Assembly: GCF_963921235.1 (NCBI RefSeq)
Contig: NC_086097.1
Span: forward strand, 41,604,001 to 41,668,000
Source: Mobula hypostoma
Lineage: Eukaryota
DNA length: 64,000 bases
Direction of reading: 5' to 3'
In this document: piece by piece, positions 50,131-62,514 of the stretch
How the letters are laid out: the number at the start of each line of letters is the position of its first letter
Position numbering within the stretch: the stretch's first letter is position 1
Made by a program: the position numbers and the translations under genes
The notes under the pieces: model-generated
Databases searched by the model: none
Seen by the model: the letters and a program-made list of their open reading frames with translations, nothing else
Told to the model about the DNA's origin: nothing

Positions 50131-50394
50131 TTAAAAAAAAACATAGGCTGGTTTTCAGCTTGAACCTTGTGTAAAACTTTTATAGTTCTGCAGCTACAGT
50201 TTTATTTTCACCTTGAACATTAGGAAGTGAGCTTGCCCATACAGAACCATCACCATGGCAGCCACAATAAATAGAGCAACATTAAAGTTATAATGGAAAT
50301 AAGGGACAATGGGGCCAGGTGCTAAAGTAAAACAGAATCTCGGGAAAATTGGAAGTTCACTTCGACCAGGGGTTCCGAACTTTTTTAATGTCAT

Positions 50395-52069
50395 TGTCGC
50401 GTACCCCGTGACAGGTTAAAGAACCAGCAGAAATGGAAAACACTTTGGAGTCTGATATTACTGTTAACTAATGCTATTTATTAGTAACTATGCAATACAG
50501 TAATATAACCTCAGATATATCAAACAGGTTAACAAAGATTATATATACCGTTTGTGTGTGTGTATATATATATATATATATAACAAGCCTAGGGGTAAAT
50601 GGATACAGTCTTACGATGATGAGTAAAGTTCAGTTCAGTTCGTGGTATTGAATTGAGTAGTGATGGAGAGAGAGACATGTTGTGGTTGTTCGAGTTCGAT
50701 GCTGTCGATTCTTCCCGTTGTCCTCCGAAATCCTTCAGAAGTCACCGAATGTGACCAAAACAAGGCGACCGTTTTCTGTGGTGGAGTTATCAACTCAGGC
50801 AAGGGTTGGACACACTAGTAACTTCCCACCGGTCACACCTTTTCCACACTGCGAGAGCCACTGACCGATTCTCCTGATCGATCCTCCAAAAACCCACTTT
50901 TCTCTGGGCACAACAAAGCTCATTCAATGTCCAAAATCATGTGTCTCTCTGTCTACCTGTCATGGTCCGGTCCATGAAGGCCGCATTCCGGTTCACGGTC
51001 TGGTCCATCGACCCTTGCTCCAGGTTTTCCTGTCTACCTTGTTTCTGCTCCTGTTGAGCTCTAATTGAGGCAGCTGATTCTCATTGGGGCTGGCTGCATA
51101 AATACTTCCAGAGACCAGGGTGTGGCTGCTGGATTGTTCTTGTCCTTATTCCTTGTATCCCTTCCCCTGCCTTCTGTTTCCTCGCCTGAAGCCCTGCCTT
51201 GTCTTGTTGGTAACTCTCGCCTCGCCTGGCCTGAATTTCTTGTCTTGCCTTGCATTGCCTGAAGCCTTGCCTTGTCTTGCTGATAACTCTCGCCTCATCT
51301 CGCCTGCAGTCTTGTCCTGGAGCCACCCTGCACCTAGCTCCATTCCTGTCCCTTGCCTCCGTCGGGTAAGTCAGGCCAGATTGCCGTTACCCTGTGGTGG
51401 TTTCTGTCCCTTCCTGTCCCTTGCCTCCGTCGGGTGGAGATCCGCGTCCTGCCCAGGAGTACTGCACCCTGCCCAGAAGGAGCTTCTAGACCCCAAGCCT
51501 CTCACCGAGCCTCACCCCAAGCCTCAAGCCTCTGGTCTCCAGCCTGGCCTCAAGTCTGAAGACTCCAGCCTCATCCTGTCTGTCAGCCAAGTCATGTCCT
51601 TGCCTGGTTCTGGGGTCCGAGCCAGAGGCAAGACCCAGGTTCTGGGTCCTTGTCCATTCTCTGGCTCAGAGTCCAAGCCTGGGCTCCTAGCTCTCTTGTC
51701 CAGTTCTGTTCTGGGTTCCCAGTTTTTGTGTCCATGTCCTAGCCCCCATCCTGTATCCTAGTCCTGTCCCTAGTACTTCAATGTCTCTGTCTTGCACCTA
51801 GGTTCGTTCACAGCCATGTCCTTATGACACTACCAGCTGACCTTGTATTTATCTCACCATGTTGAACACCAGCCATCCATCAAGTAGCTGCTCCCTTCTC
51901 TCTCTGTAGGAACTCAGAAGCTGGCAGTGTCCTTGCAGAAATTCCAAACAGACTGTGAGCATTCGTTGCCTCTCTCTCTCTCTCTTAATAACAAGGTGTT
52001 TGTGCTGTATAGCTCTCTTTCTCTTTTTAAAAGCACAGTTCATAAGGGATAATTCAGGATCCCATCACA
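50395..52069 (-). mobile_element. Solo LTR (about 0.8 kb without its insert)
   Basis: TGTCGC...TCACA ends; TSD GTCAT at 50390-50394 and 52070-52074; antisense AATAAA at 50477-50482; internal (TG)n(TA)n at about 50553-50582. Confidence 0.85.
50958..51829 (+). mobile_element. 872-bp solo LTR nested in the previous LTR
   Basis: TGTCAT...ATGACA inverted ends; TSD CTACC at 50953-50957 and 51830-51834; CATAAATA TATA-like box at about 51097; internal pyrimidine-rich short repeats. Confidence 0.9.
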
Positions 52070-52916
52070 GTCATGGACCCCTACAATTAACCGAGGACTC
52101 CATGGTCCCCAGGTTGGGCACCCCTGGTCTTGGCAAATTTTATTTATTTTCATATCCTGGCAATTAAATCTAGCAGGAAGCACAATCCATATTTATACCA
52201 AAAGAACTTTGATTTTGAAAATATATTTTATCCTAGGTTGCAGTTTATATTAAGAATTTTTAGATGGAGCTGTTTTTGATCCATCTTACACCTAGAAGAG
52301 TTTATAAATTAGATGGCATGGTTTCAATGAACAGCAACCTGAGTGTTGGGTAGAAGTTTACAGTTCCAAGTCTTAAATGGCCATGAATGAGTCTAATTTC
52401 TTTGCAGTTATTTTCAGCATCCATTGCATCAATGGGATGCATTACTTTTCTTTAGGCACTCAAGTTTTTAATATTTATTTATTAAAACATTATTATTCAT
52501 TAAGTACAAAATTCTCATTTGCATTTCCCCAAGCGTAAAATGCAGAAATTATTTAATTCCCTGGTTAGGAATTACTTTATCATATGGTGAAAAGAAGTTG
52601 GCCCATTTAATAGTACTAAATTTGTCTGTTTATATTGTTCCAAAGTGTAATGTAATCCCAAATTTATTTTTGAAATTAAGAGTGGTAATAATGTAATAAT
52701 CTGAACATCACAACTGCAGCCTCCCAGCTCACTATCAGATTCCGGAACGTTCTCCATCCGTATCAGACCAGCCATAAATCATAGGAGCAGATATGGCCAC
52801 TTGGCCCATTGAGTCTGCTTCACCATTCTATCGTGGCTGATCCATTAATCCCCACTAATAGGCTAGGAAAAGCCTCCACACCTTGGATTTGTTGAATTAG
52901 CTCTCTATACATGACT

Positions 52917-55070
52917 CAAACAACAGGAATTCTGCAGATGCTGGAAATTCAAGCAACACACATCAAAGTTGCTGGTGAATGCAGCAGGCCAAACAGCATC
53001 TGTAGGAAGAGGTACAGTCGACGTTTCAGGCCGAGACCCTTCGTCAGGACTAACTGAAGGAAGAGTGAGTAAGGGATTTGAAAGTTGGAGGGGGAGGGGG
53101 AGATCCAAAATGATAGGAGAAGACAGGAGGGGGAGGGATGGAGCCAAGAGCTGGACAGGTGATAGGCAAAAGGGATACGAGAGGATCATGGGACAGGAGG
53201 TCCGGGAAGAAAGACAAGGGGGGGGGAGACCCAGAGGATGGGCAAGAGGTATATTCAGAGGGACAGAGGGAGAAAAAGGAGTGTGAGAGAAAGAATGTGT
53301 GCATAAAAAAGAGTAACAGATGGGGTACGAGGGGGAGGTGGGGCCTTAGCGGAAGTTAGAGAAGTCAATGTTCATGCCATCAGGTTGGAGGCTACCCAGA
53401 CGGAATATAAGGTGTTGTTCCTCCAACCTAAGTGTGGCTTCATCTTTACAGTAGAGGAGGCCGTGGATAGACATGTCAGAATGGGAATGGGATGTGGAAT
53501 TAAAATGTGTGGCCACTGGGAGATCCTGCTTTCTCTGGCGGACAGAGCGTAGATGTTCAGCAAAGCGGTCTCCCAGTCTGCGTCGGGTCTCGCCAATATA
53601 TAAAAGGCCACATCGGGAGCACCGGACGCAGTATATCACCCCAGTCGACTCACAGGTGAAGTATTGCCTCACCTGGAAGGACTGTTTGGGGCCCTGAATG
53701 GTGGTAGGGAGGAAGTGTAAGGGCATGTGTAGCACTTGTTCCGCTTACGCGGATAAGTGCCAGGAGGGAGATCAGTGGGGAGGGATGGGGGGGACGAATG
53801 GACAAGAGAGTTGCGTAGGGAGCGATCCCTGCGGAATGCAGAGAGAGGGGGGAGGGAAAGATGTGCTTAGTGGTGGGATCCCGTTGGAGGTGGCGGAAGT
53901 TACGGAGAATAATATGTTGGACCCGGAGGCTGGTGGGGTGGTAGGTGAGGACCAGGGGAACCCTATTCCTAGTGGGGTGGCGGGAGGATGGAGTGAGAGC
54001 AGATGTACGTGAAATGGGGGAGATGCGTTTAAGAGCAGAGTTGATAGTGGAGGAAGGGAAGCCCCTTTCTTTAAAAAATGAAGACATCTCCCTCGTCCTA
54101 GAATGAAAAGCCTCATCCTGAGAGCAGATGCAGCGGAGACGGAGGAATTGCGAGAAGGGGATGGCGTTTTTGCAAGAGACAGGGTGAGAAGAGGAATAGT
54201 CCAGATAGCTGTGAGAGTCAGTAGGCTTATAGTAGACATCAGTGGATAAGCTGTCTCCAGAGACAGAGACAGAAAGATCTAGAAAGGGGAGGGAGGTGTC
54301 AGAAATGGACCAGGTAAACTTGAGGGCAGGGTGAAAGTTGGAGGCAAAGTCAATAAAGTCAACGAGTTCTGCATGCGTGCAGGAAGCAGCGCCAATGCAG
54401 TCGTCGATGTAGCGAAGGAAAAGTGGGGGACAGATACCAGAAAAGGCACGGAACATAGATTGTTCCACAAACCCAACAAAAAGGCAGGCATAGCTAGGAC
54501 CCATACAGGTGCCCATAGCTACAGCTTTAGTTTGGAGGAAGTGGGAGGAGCCAAAGGAGAAATTATTGAGAGTAAGGACTAATTCCGCTAGACGGAGCAG
54601 AGTGGTGGTAGAGGGGAACTGATTAGGTCTGGAATCCAAAAAGAAGCGTAGAGCTTTGAGACCTTCCTGATGGGGGATGGAAGTATATAAGGACTGGACA
54701 TCCATGGTGAAAATAAAGCAGTGGGGGCCAGGGAACTTAAAATCATCGAAAAGTTTAAGAGCGTGAGAAGTGTCACGAACATAGGTCGGAAGGGATTGAA
54801 CAAGGGGTGATAAAACCGTGTCGAGGTATGCAGAAACGAGTTCGGTGGGGCAGGAGCAAGCTGAGACAATAGGTCGGCCAGAACAGGCAGGTTTGTGGAT
54901 CTTGGGTAGGAGGTAGAAACGGGAAGTGCGAGGTGTGGGAACTATAAGGTTGGTAGCAGTGGATGGGAGATCCCCTGAGCGGATAAAGTCGGTGATGGTG
55001 TGGGAGACAATGGCCTGGTGCCCCTCAGTGGGGTCACGATCGAGGGGTAAATAAGAGGAGTAAATCATAA
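52917..55070 (-). mobile_element. Young 5'-truncated Penelope-like element (Neptune-type; RT plus GIY-YIG endonuclease) with 10-bp TSD
   Basis: ORF 53650..55068 (FYLLPKIHKP, GRPIVS, DVQSLYTSIP, AMG, RYIDD, FLDL) and ORF 53346..53735 (VIYCVRCSRCGLLYIGET...RFAEH). Two 1-nt frameshifts in the linker. ATACATGACT at 52907-52916 and 55071-55080. Confidence 0.95.
53016..53051 (-). ncRNA. Minimal type I hammerhead ribozyme motif in the Penelope-like 3' repeat
   Basis: AGUC-CUGACGA-AGG(GUCUCGG)CCU-GAAAC-GUC-GACU: complete catalytic core, stems I and II, and a palindromic ACGU in place of stem III. Confidence 0.8.
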
Positions 55071-55317
55071 ATACATGACTGCTGCTTCTAATTCACCATC
55101 TGTGATTTTGCCTCATTTTTCACTCTTCATTGGCATAGGCTGATCTTCTGGGCATGTCCTAGAGCTCTGCATCTTCCATTGCTTTTATTCCCACACTGCT
55201 AACAACCCTCACTTCGTACCTTTTGTTCATTTGTATCCCCCTTTCTAATGCCTTGTTAACCCAACGATTGGAGTATCGCTGGTACACTTTCAGTAATGTT
55301 CCACCAACATATCCAGG

Positions 55318-56775
55318 TATAAAATGCTGGAGGAACTCAGCAGGCCAGGCAGCATCTATGGAAAAAAGTACAGACGACATTTCAGGCCGAAACCCTTTGG
55401 CAGGACTGGAGAAAAAAAAAGAGGAGTAGATTTGATAGGTGGGGGGAGGGTAAAGAGAAACACCAGGCGATTGGTGAAACTTGGAAGGGGAGGGATGAAG
55501 CAAAGAGCTCGGAAGTTGATTGGTGAGACAGGAGGTCATGGAAGAAAGGAAAAAAGTGGGGGTGGGGGGGGATGTGAGGAGAACCAGGGAGAGGTGATGG
55601 GTGAGCAAGGAGATAACATGAAAGAGGGAAAAGGGGATGGGAAATGGTGAAGGGGAGCTAGGGAGTCATTACTGGAAGTTTGAGAAATTGATGTTCATGC
55701 CATCAGGTTGGAGGCTACCCAAATGGAATATAAGATGTTGTTCCTCCAACCTAAGTGTGGCCTTATCACAACAGTGGAGGAGGCCATGGTCGGACATATT
55801 GGAATGGGAATGGGAAGTGGAAATAAAATGGGTGGCTACTGGGAGATCCTGCTTGTTCTGGCAGAGAGAGCATAGGTGCTCGGCAAAGCAGTCTCCTAAA
55901 CTACGTCGGGTCTCACCGATGTGCAGGAGGCCACACCAGGAGCACCGAACACAGTATATGACCCCAACAGACTCACAGGTGAAGTGTCACCTCACCTGGA
56001 AGGACTGTTTGGGGCCCTGAATGGTAATGAGGGACGAACTGCAGGGGCAGGTGTAGTACTTGTTCCGCTTGCAAGGATAAATGTCAGGAGTGAGGGTAGT
56101 GGGGAGGGATGAATGGACAAAGGAGTCACGTAGGGAGCGATCCCTGCAGAAAGCAGAAAGTTGGGGGGGAGGTAGATGTGTTTGGTGGTGGGATCCGGTT
56201 AGAGTTTGCAGAAGTTTCAGAGAATTATGTGCTGGACACGGAGGGTGGTGGGGTGGTAGGTGAGGAAAAGATGAACCGCATCCCTGGTAGGTTGGCGGGA
56301 GGATGGGGAGGAAGAGCAGACATGCGTGAATTTTAGGAAATGTGTTTGAGGGCAGTGTTGTTGGTGGAGGAAGGGAAGCTTCTTTCTTACAAAAAGGAGG
56401 ACAATACTTACGTTCTAGAATGAAAAGCTTCATCCTGAGAGCAGATGTGGTGGAGATGGGGGAATTGAGAGAAGGGGATGGCATTTTTACAAGTAGGAGG
56501 GTGGGACAAGGTATAGTCTAGGTAGCTGTGAGAGTCCATTGGTTTATAATAGATTTTGGTGGATAAGCTTTCTTCGGAGGTAGAGACAGAGAGATTGAGA
56601 AAGGGAAGGGAATTGTCGGGAATGGACCAGGTGAATTTGAGAGCAGGGTGGAAGTTGGAGGCAAAGTAGATGAAATTGACAAGTTCAGCATGGGTGCAGG
56701 AAACAGCACCAATGCAGTCATTGATGTAGCGCAGGAAAAATGCAGGATTGTCACCAGTGTAGGCAGTAATGTTCC
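55318..56775 (-). mobile_element. Older Penelope-like element (partial RT, GIY-YIG and 3' repeat)
   Basis: Colinear with 52950-54440 but more diverged. Degenerate hammerhead at about 55370-55408. Confidence 0.9.
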
Positions 56776-56999
56776 ACCTGTCATTTTCACTACTACTTCC
56801 ACAATTTTAAAATATGTTTCCCGTTTTCTCTTTCCACAGATGCTGCCTGACTTTCTGTTTCATGCGATTTTTGATTTTACTCAACCCTGAGTTGGCTTTT
56901 CGCCAGACCAACACCATCAGTTTGTAACTTTTCTGGGTGAAGCCATAAAAGAAACAGAGCAGTTTCACTCAACAATTCACAGAACAAATTAAGATTAAC

Positions 57000-57930
57000 A
57001 AAGTTCTCCATGGTAGACGTAGGGTCCAGGGAAACTTGGCTGCATGGATTCAGAATTGGCCTGTTAATCTTAATTTGAAGGAAGAAGATGGTATTATTCG
57101 AAGTGTATGAAGCCTGGAGGTTGGTGACCAGTGATGTTCTACAAGAATCTGTTCTGAGACCCCTGCTCTTTGTGATTTTTATAAATGACTTGGATGATGA
57201 AGTGAATGACTACATTACTAAGCTTGCAGATGGCACGAAGGTTGGTGGTGTTGTGGATAGTGTAGAAGTTTATCTTTTGTTACAATGGGATTCTTAGCAG
57301 TGTGGAGGAATATAGGGATCTTGGGCTCCATGTCCATAGATCTCTCAAAGTTGGTTCAGAGGCATATGGGTGTGTTTGCCTTCATTAGTCAGGACTGAAT
57401 TTAGGGGCCATGAAGCAATGTTGCAGTTCTATAAAACTCTGGTTAGATCAGAGTTGGAATATTATGTTCATTTCTCATCACGTCATTATAGGAAAGGATA
57501 CTGCCTAGATTAGAGAGCATGTCTTATGAGGAAAGGTGGAATGAGCTACAGCTTTATTATTTTAGAGTGAAGGAGAATGATAGGTGACTTTATTTATAGA
57601 AGTGTATAAGTTGATAAGAGGCATCGAAAGAGTGGACAGCCAGTTTCTCAGGTCGGAAATGGCTAATATAAGAGGGCATAATTTTAAAGTGATTGGAGGA
57701 AAGTATAGTGGGAATGCCAGAAGTAGGTTTTTTTTTACAGAGAGTGGTGGGTCCATGGAAGTGGTAGAGACAGATACATTAGAAACATTTATGAAACTCT
57801 TAGATAGGTACATGAATGAAAGAAAAATTGAGGGCTATGCAGGGGAGAGGGTTAGATTAATCTTTGAAAAGGTTAAAATGTCAGCACAACATCATGGGAT
57901 AAAGGGTCTATACTGTGCTGTACTCTTCAA
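57000..57930 (+). mobile_element. Decayed CR1 3' portion
   Basis: WRLVTSDVLQESVLRPLLFVIFINDLD, KLADGTK and ORF 57584..57958. Confidence 0.85.
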
Positions 57931-57994
57931 TATTCTATTAAACCTACAATATCTGTAAGAATCAAAGTGTCTTTTACATAAATGAATGGTATAT

Positions 57995-58105
57995 TCCCTG
58001 ATGCAGGGTTTTGACTCGAACTGTCAACCATCCTTCTGCTTCAATATATGCTGCCTAATCTGTGGAGTTCCTCCAGCAGTTTTTTAAATCCAGATTACAG
58101 CATCT
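57995..58105 (+). repeat. Short Penelope-like 3' repeat remnant
   Basis: CCTGATGCAGGG...GAA...TGCTGCCT...GAGTTCCTCCAGCA...CAGCATCTG. Confidence 0.6.
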
Positions 58106-58989
58106 GTAGTCTTCTGTGTTCCTAGATCTTATTTTCTGTTGAATTTAAGTTCCTGTTTTTCTGGGAATATATGATTGGTGTTGATGTATTTGTGGTCCTT
58201 TAATTTCCCGAAGGTTACTTCTCTTTAGCACCTTCAGAAAAAAATATATATAAACAAAAAGGAAATAGGGGACTGACCTCCTTCCAAAAATGAGGTGTAT
58301 ATCAAATCTTCTGCAGGAAGTCAATTATACATATCTGTGGGAATCATAAATTTAATACTGAAATAATCATATCCTCCTGCAAAGATCTGCAGTTAACCTT
58401 AATTTTCTCTGTGGGCTTTCAAAGTAAACATATGGTTGGTAATCGATCCTTTTAGCTGCTGGTAGTTCTGTACTCAGGAGTCTGTTACAGTAGAATAACC
58501 TCTGTGCAGTAGCACATGCAAACACAGCAGAAACCATGGTGTGATTGCACAGTAACTGACTTTCGGCAGACAGCTCTTCTGCTCAAGAGACTGATTAGAC
58601 TAAAATAGACTTGGTGGATCACACTGCAATCGAAACACATTGTCCACTGCATGGTATTTATATGATAATTAAAGTATGTCAAATCTGTCCATTACTACAC
58701 TTATGCAAATTTTGCAAAGTAAAGTAACTTTTTACTAAATTAAGATTTACAGGCTGATATTAATAATCAATAGTATTTTCCATACTGATGTCTTAACAAT
58801 TTCCTTTTTCTTTGCATTGTTTCCTTACTTTGCCTATTCTCTTCTTTGTTATCAATTAGAACATATGTAAGAATTGATACCTATCCACTTTTGAAAGAGC
58901 ACGTGTCCAAATCGTGTCCTGAGTGTACCTAATATGGGTGATGGTCGTTGAGGCAGCCTACCTTATCCTTCTTGGGCACTGGTGTGATC

Positions 58990-59135
58990 AATGCCCCTTT
59001 AAATCGGGTGGGGACCTCAGGCGGCAGCAGTGAGGAGTCGAAGATGTCCTGGAACACTCCAGCCAATTGGTCAGCACAGGTTTTCAGTATTGTGCCAGGT
59101 ATACCATCGGGGTTCTGACGACTTGCGAGGATTTA
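58990..59135 (-). mobile_element. Rex1/Babar RT internal fragment
   Basis: The reverse strand reads [30 protein letters not shown]. Confidence 0.65.
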
Positions 59136-59352
59136 TCAACTTGAAGGATTTTGAATAGTAAATTTGATTGTAGGAATAGTCAACATTAAGGGTATTAGAA
59201 ATGGATTTGTAACCAGCCAAAATGTTAAACCCAGTGGAACCTTTTGATCTGGAAGCTGATAGCTGAAATTCAAATGGCCCATTGAAAAATCAATAGATCC
59301 ATCTGTTGTTGATGATTGTAGAACCATCAGGTTAGAATTATAACCAAGAGTT

Positions 59353-59530
59353 TGGCGGAGTTCAGCAGGTCAAGCAGTCTGTGCAGGGGAATAGACAGCT
59401 GATTTATTTTGGGTTGAGACCCAAAATGTTCACTGTCCATTTCCCTCCACAGATGCTGCCTGACACCCCGAGTTCCTCCAGCTTCTTGTTTGTTGCTGCA
59501 TTGCCCAGCATCTGGTGACCCTTGTGTCTC
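59353..59530. repeat. Fold-back of two inverted Penelope-like 3' ends
   Basis: Imperfect palindrome at 59353-59480 centred on ATTTTGGGT-TGAG-ACCCAAAAT (59406-59427). Confidence 0.7.
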
Positions 59531-60279
59531 CTTCTTAGAGTCTCCTTGTCCACAGTCTGTCAAATTACACTGTTACCTACATGTCTCAAAAATTATCAGA
59601 ACTTGCATAGTCATAGTTGCAGTGATTTCTTCATTTAATTAATGATATAAGTGAGTCACTTGGGGAACCTGGTGAGTTTTGTAATGACTTGAATTACTTA
59701 CAATTGAAGAATATAAGTGAATTCTAACTTGTACTTAATGGAAAAGGTTCTCATACTGCCTTTTTCCTTGGTTCTCTGTAGTCACTAGCAGATCCCACAG
59801 CAGTTACTGTTAACCTGTTTCAGTCAACATAATTAGTTAAACCTTGTAGGAACTGAACGGATTACTCAGACTAAAGTGTGATTTGTGCGAGGTTCTTTGC
59901 AGGGTAATGACAGGTTGTTGTACAAAAACCCAAATCCAAACCGCGAAGTCTGAAGCAGACACGGCAATTCCTGTCTAAGTGTGATAGTCAGTTTGGGTTG
60001 AAACTGATCTTAATGTTTCAAGAGTGATGAAGTCACTAAACCAGAATACCATTTAATTATAGAAAGCAATGATGCAAGCCACAATGTAGAACTTATTACA
60101 TCTTTTTTTTTCATTTCATCTAGCATGAATGCTCATAGATATTACAGGCTGTTCTCAGGTAAGAATGTTTTTTTTTACAGTTTTAAGTTGTAAGTTGGAA
60201 AATACATTTAAATTGCTCAATACAGTAACCATACCACTGCAGTATTATAATAAATGTGTCAAAAGCACGTGTGACTAAC

Positions 60280-61540
60280 AGAGTCGTAGTCATAGAGCAG
60301 TATAAACCCCTTTGTCCCAGTGACCATTGGGCCAACCCATCCAGTCCCTACTTCCTGCATTCAGCCTCACCCCTGCATGTACTTATCCAAGTGTTTCCGA
60401 AATGATATTTGCATCTGCGGCAACCACTTCCTCTGGTGCTCATTCAATTTACTCAACACCTTCGCTATGACAAAGCTGACCTTAAGTCTCTTTTAAGTCA
60501 TTCCCCTCTCACTGTAAATCTATGCCTCTTAATTTTGAAGCCCTCTACACTGGAGAAAATGCTCCTATCATCCACCTTACTATGTCCCTGAAGATCTGAT
60601 AAACTTCTAGAAGGTCACTGCTCTTTCTCCTGTGCTCCAAGGAATAAATACCAGCCTGCCCTAATTCCACCTGTAACTCAGGTCCTTTAGTCCTGGCAAC
60701 ATTCTTGTAAATCTTTTCTGTACCCTTTCCAGTTTTGTGTACAGGGTGACCAAAACCGTACACAGTGCTCGGATTGCTTATACAACTGCAACATAGTCTC
60801 CCAGTTCCTATATCCAATGCCCTGACTAATGAAGGCTGGTGTACCTTTCATCACACTATCTCCCTATGTCAATACCTTCAATAAGCTATGCACTTATACT
60901 CCTAGTACCATAGAGCCAATACATCTAGACCCTATTTCCTGCATTCAGCCTCACCCCTACACGTACCATTGCGCTCCCCAGTGTCCCACCTTTCACAGTA
61001 CAAGCCCTTTGTTGGTTTGACTTTCCAAAACACATCACCTCACACTGACTGGATTTGTTTTGAAACCCATTTGCCACTCTGTAATGCATTTCTCTAACTG
61101 ACTAAGATTTCATGTAATCTACGAGAACCTTCTTCATTATCAACACCTCCTAATTTTGCAGTTTTACTGCTCACACCGTGGTATATTTGCATTGAAATAA
61201 TTTATATAAGAAACAAACTGCAAGGGTCCCAATATTGACTTGTACAGTACGTCACTGGTCACTTCCATTCTAAGAAACTATCTTCAACCATCACCCTATG
61301 TTTCCTACCTCTGAGCCAGTTTTTAATCAGCTAACTAACTTTCCCTGGCTCCCATGGGACAAACCATTACAGACCAGCCTACTAGATAGGACCCTGTCAA
61401 AGGCTTTGCTTAAGTTCAAATGGACAGCATATACTGCCCTACCCTTATTTAACTTCTCGGTGACCTCTTCAAAAACTCTAAGAGTTTTTGTCAAGCAAGA
61501 CTTTACGCACACAGCCATGCTGACACCTCCTAATCAGCCC
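60280..61540 (-). mobile_element. Decayed CR1 3' portion
   Basis: KSCLTK.LRVFEEVT...LNLSKAFDRV (61327..61518) and CR1 C-terminal motifs. Confidence 0.8.
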
Positions 61541-61750
61541 AAGGTTTAATTCTGGCACCATCTGTGGATTTCCTCCAGATACTCCGGTTTCCTCCTACGG
61601 TCCAAAAATGTCTCCGTTAATAGGTTAATTGGTCATTGTAAATTATTCTGCCTTTATTCTAGTGTTAAATAGTGGGTGGCTGGGTGCTGTGGCTTGTTGG
61701 ATCGGAAGGGCCTGTTCTACTCTGTACAGTATCTCGAAAAAATAAACAAA
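61541..61750 (+). mobile_element. V-SINE (HE1-like) fragment
   Basis: CTCCGGTTTCCTCCTACGGTCCAAAAA...TAGGTTAATTGGTCATTGTAAATT...GAAGGGCCTGTT; same family as 8349-8607. Confidence 0.7.
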
Positions 61751-61769
61751 CAAAATCAATCAATCCATA

Positions 61770-62510
61770 AGATAAGATAAAACTTTATTTATCCCGAAGG
61801 AAATTATTGTTACAAGGTTGTTCAGTCAGAAATATATACTTTAAAATACAGAAAATAGTACAAAATGTGCACTAAAAAATAATAGTGCAAAATAGAGATG
61901 TGCAATGAAACCATATACTTATAAACTTAAGGAGGAGGAGTTGCAGAGTCTTATAGCCACAAGGAGAAAGGATCTCCTGTGGCGTTCTGTGGTACACCTC
62001 AGTGGAGTCAATCTGTTACTAAAGGTGCTCCTCTGTTTGTCCAGTATGTGATGGAGGGGTGAGAGGGATTGTCCATAATGCTCTGTAGCCTCTGCAGCAT
62101 CCTCCTCTCAGACACAGACACCAGAGAATGCAGTTCCACCCCCAGAACAGAACCAGCCTTCCTGATGAGCTTATCGATCTTCCTGGCATCAGCTGCTCTC
62201 ACCCTGCTGCCCCAGCAGACTACAGCGTAGAATAGAACGCTGGCCACCGTTGAGTCATAGAACACCTGCAGCTTAGTACTGCAGACGTTGAATGACCAGA
62301 GCCTCCTCAGGAAGTACAGTCGGCTCTGTCCCTTCTTGTGCAGAGCCCCTGTATTTTTAGTCCAGTCCAGTTTATTGTCCAGGTGAGTTCCCAGATATTT
62401 GTAGTCCTGAACGACTTCAACATTTGTTCCTTTTATGGAGAAGGGAATGTAGAGTATTTTCACTTCCTGAAGTCAACCACCAACTCCTTTGTCTGAGTGA
62501 TGTTAAGCTG
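61770..62510 (-). mobile_element. Rex1/Babar LINE, 5'-truncated
   Basis: ORF 62008..62463 (VEVVQDYKYLGTHLDNKLDW...GQSRLYFLRRL...FYAVVCWG) and a (GATAA)n tail. Confidence 0.9.
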
Positions 62511-62514
62511 TTGA

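Larger units (their letters stand above)
50367..52126. mobile_element. About 80-bp hAT/Charlie-like MITE split by an LTR insertion
   Basis: TIRs CAGGGGTTCCGAAC (50367-50380) and GTTGGGCACCCCTG (52113-52126). An 8-bp TSD is not clearly preserved. Confidence 0.7.

Noticed and set aside
51120..51761. 213-aa Pro/Leu/Ser-rich ORF
   Set aside because: Arises from low-complexity pyrimidine-rich repeats inside a solo LTR.
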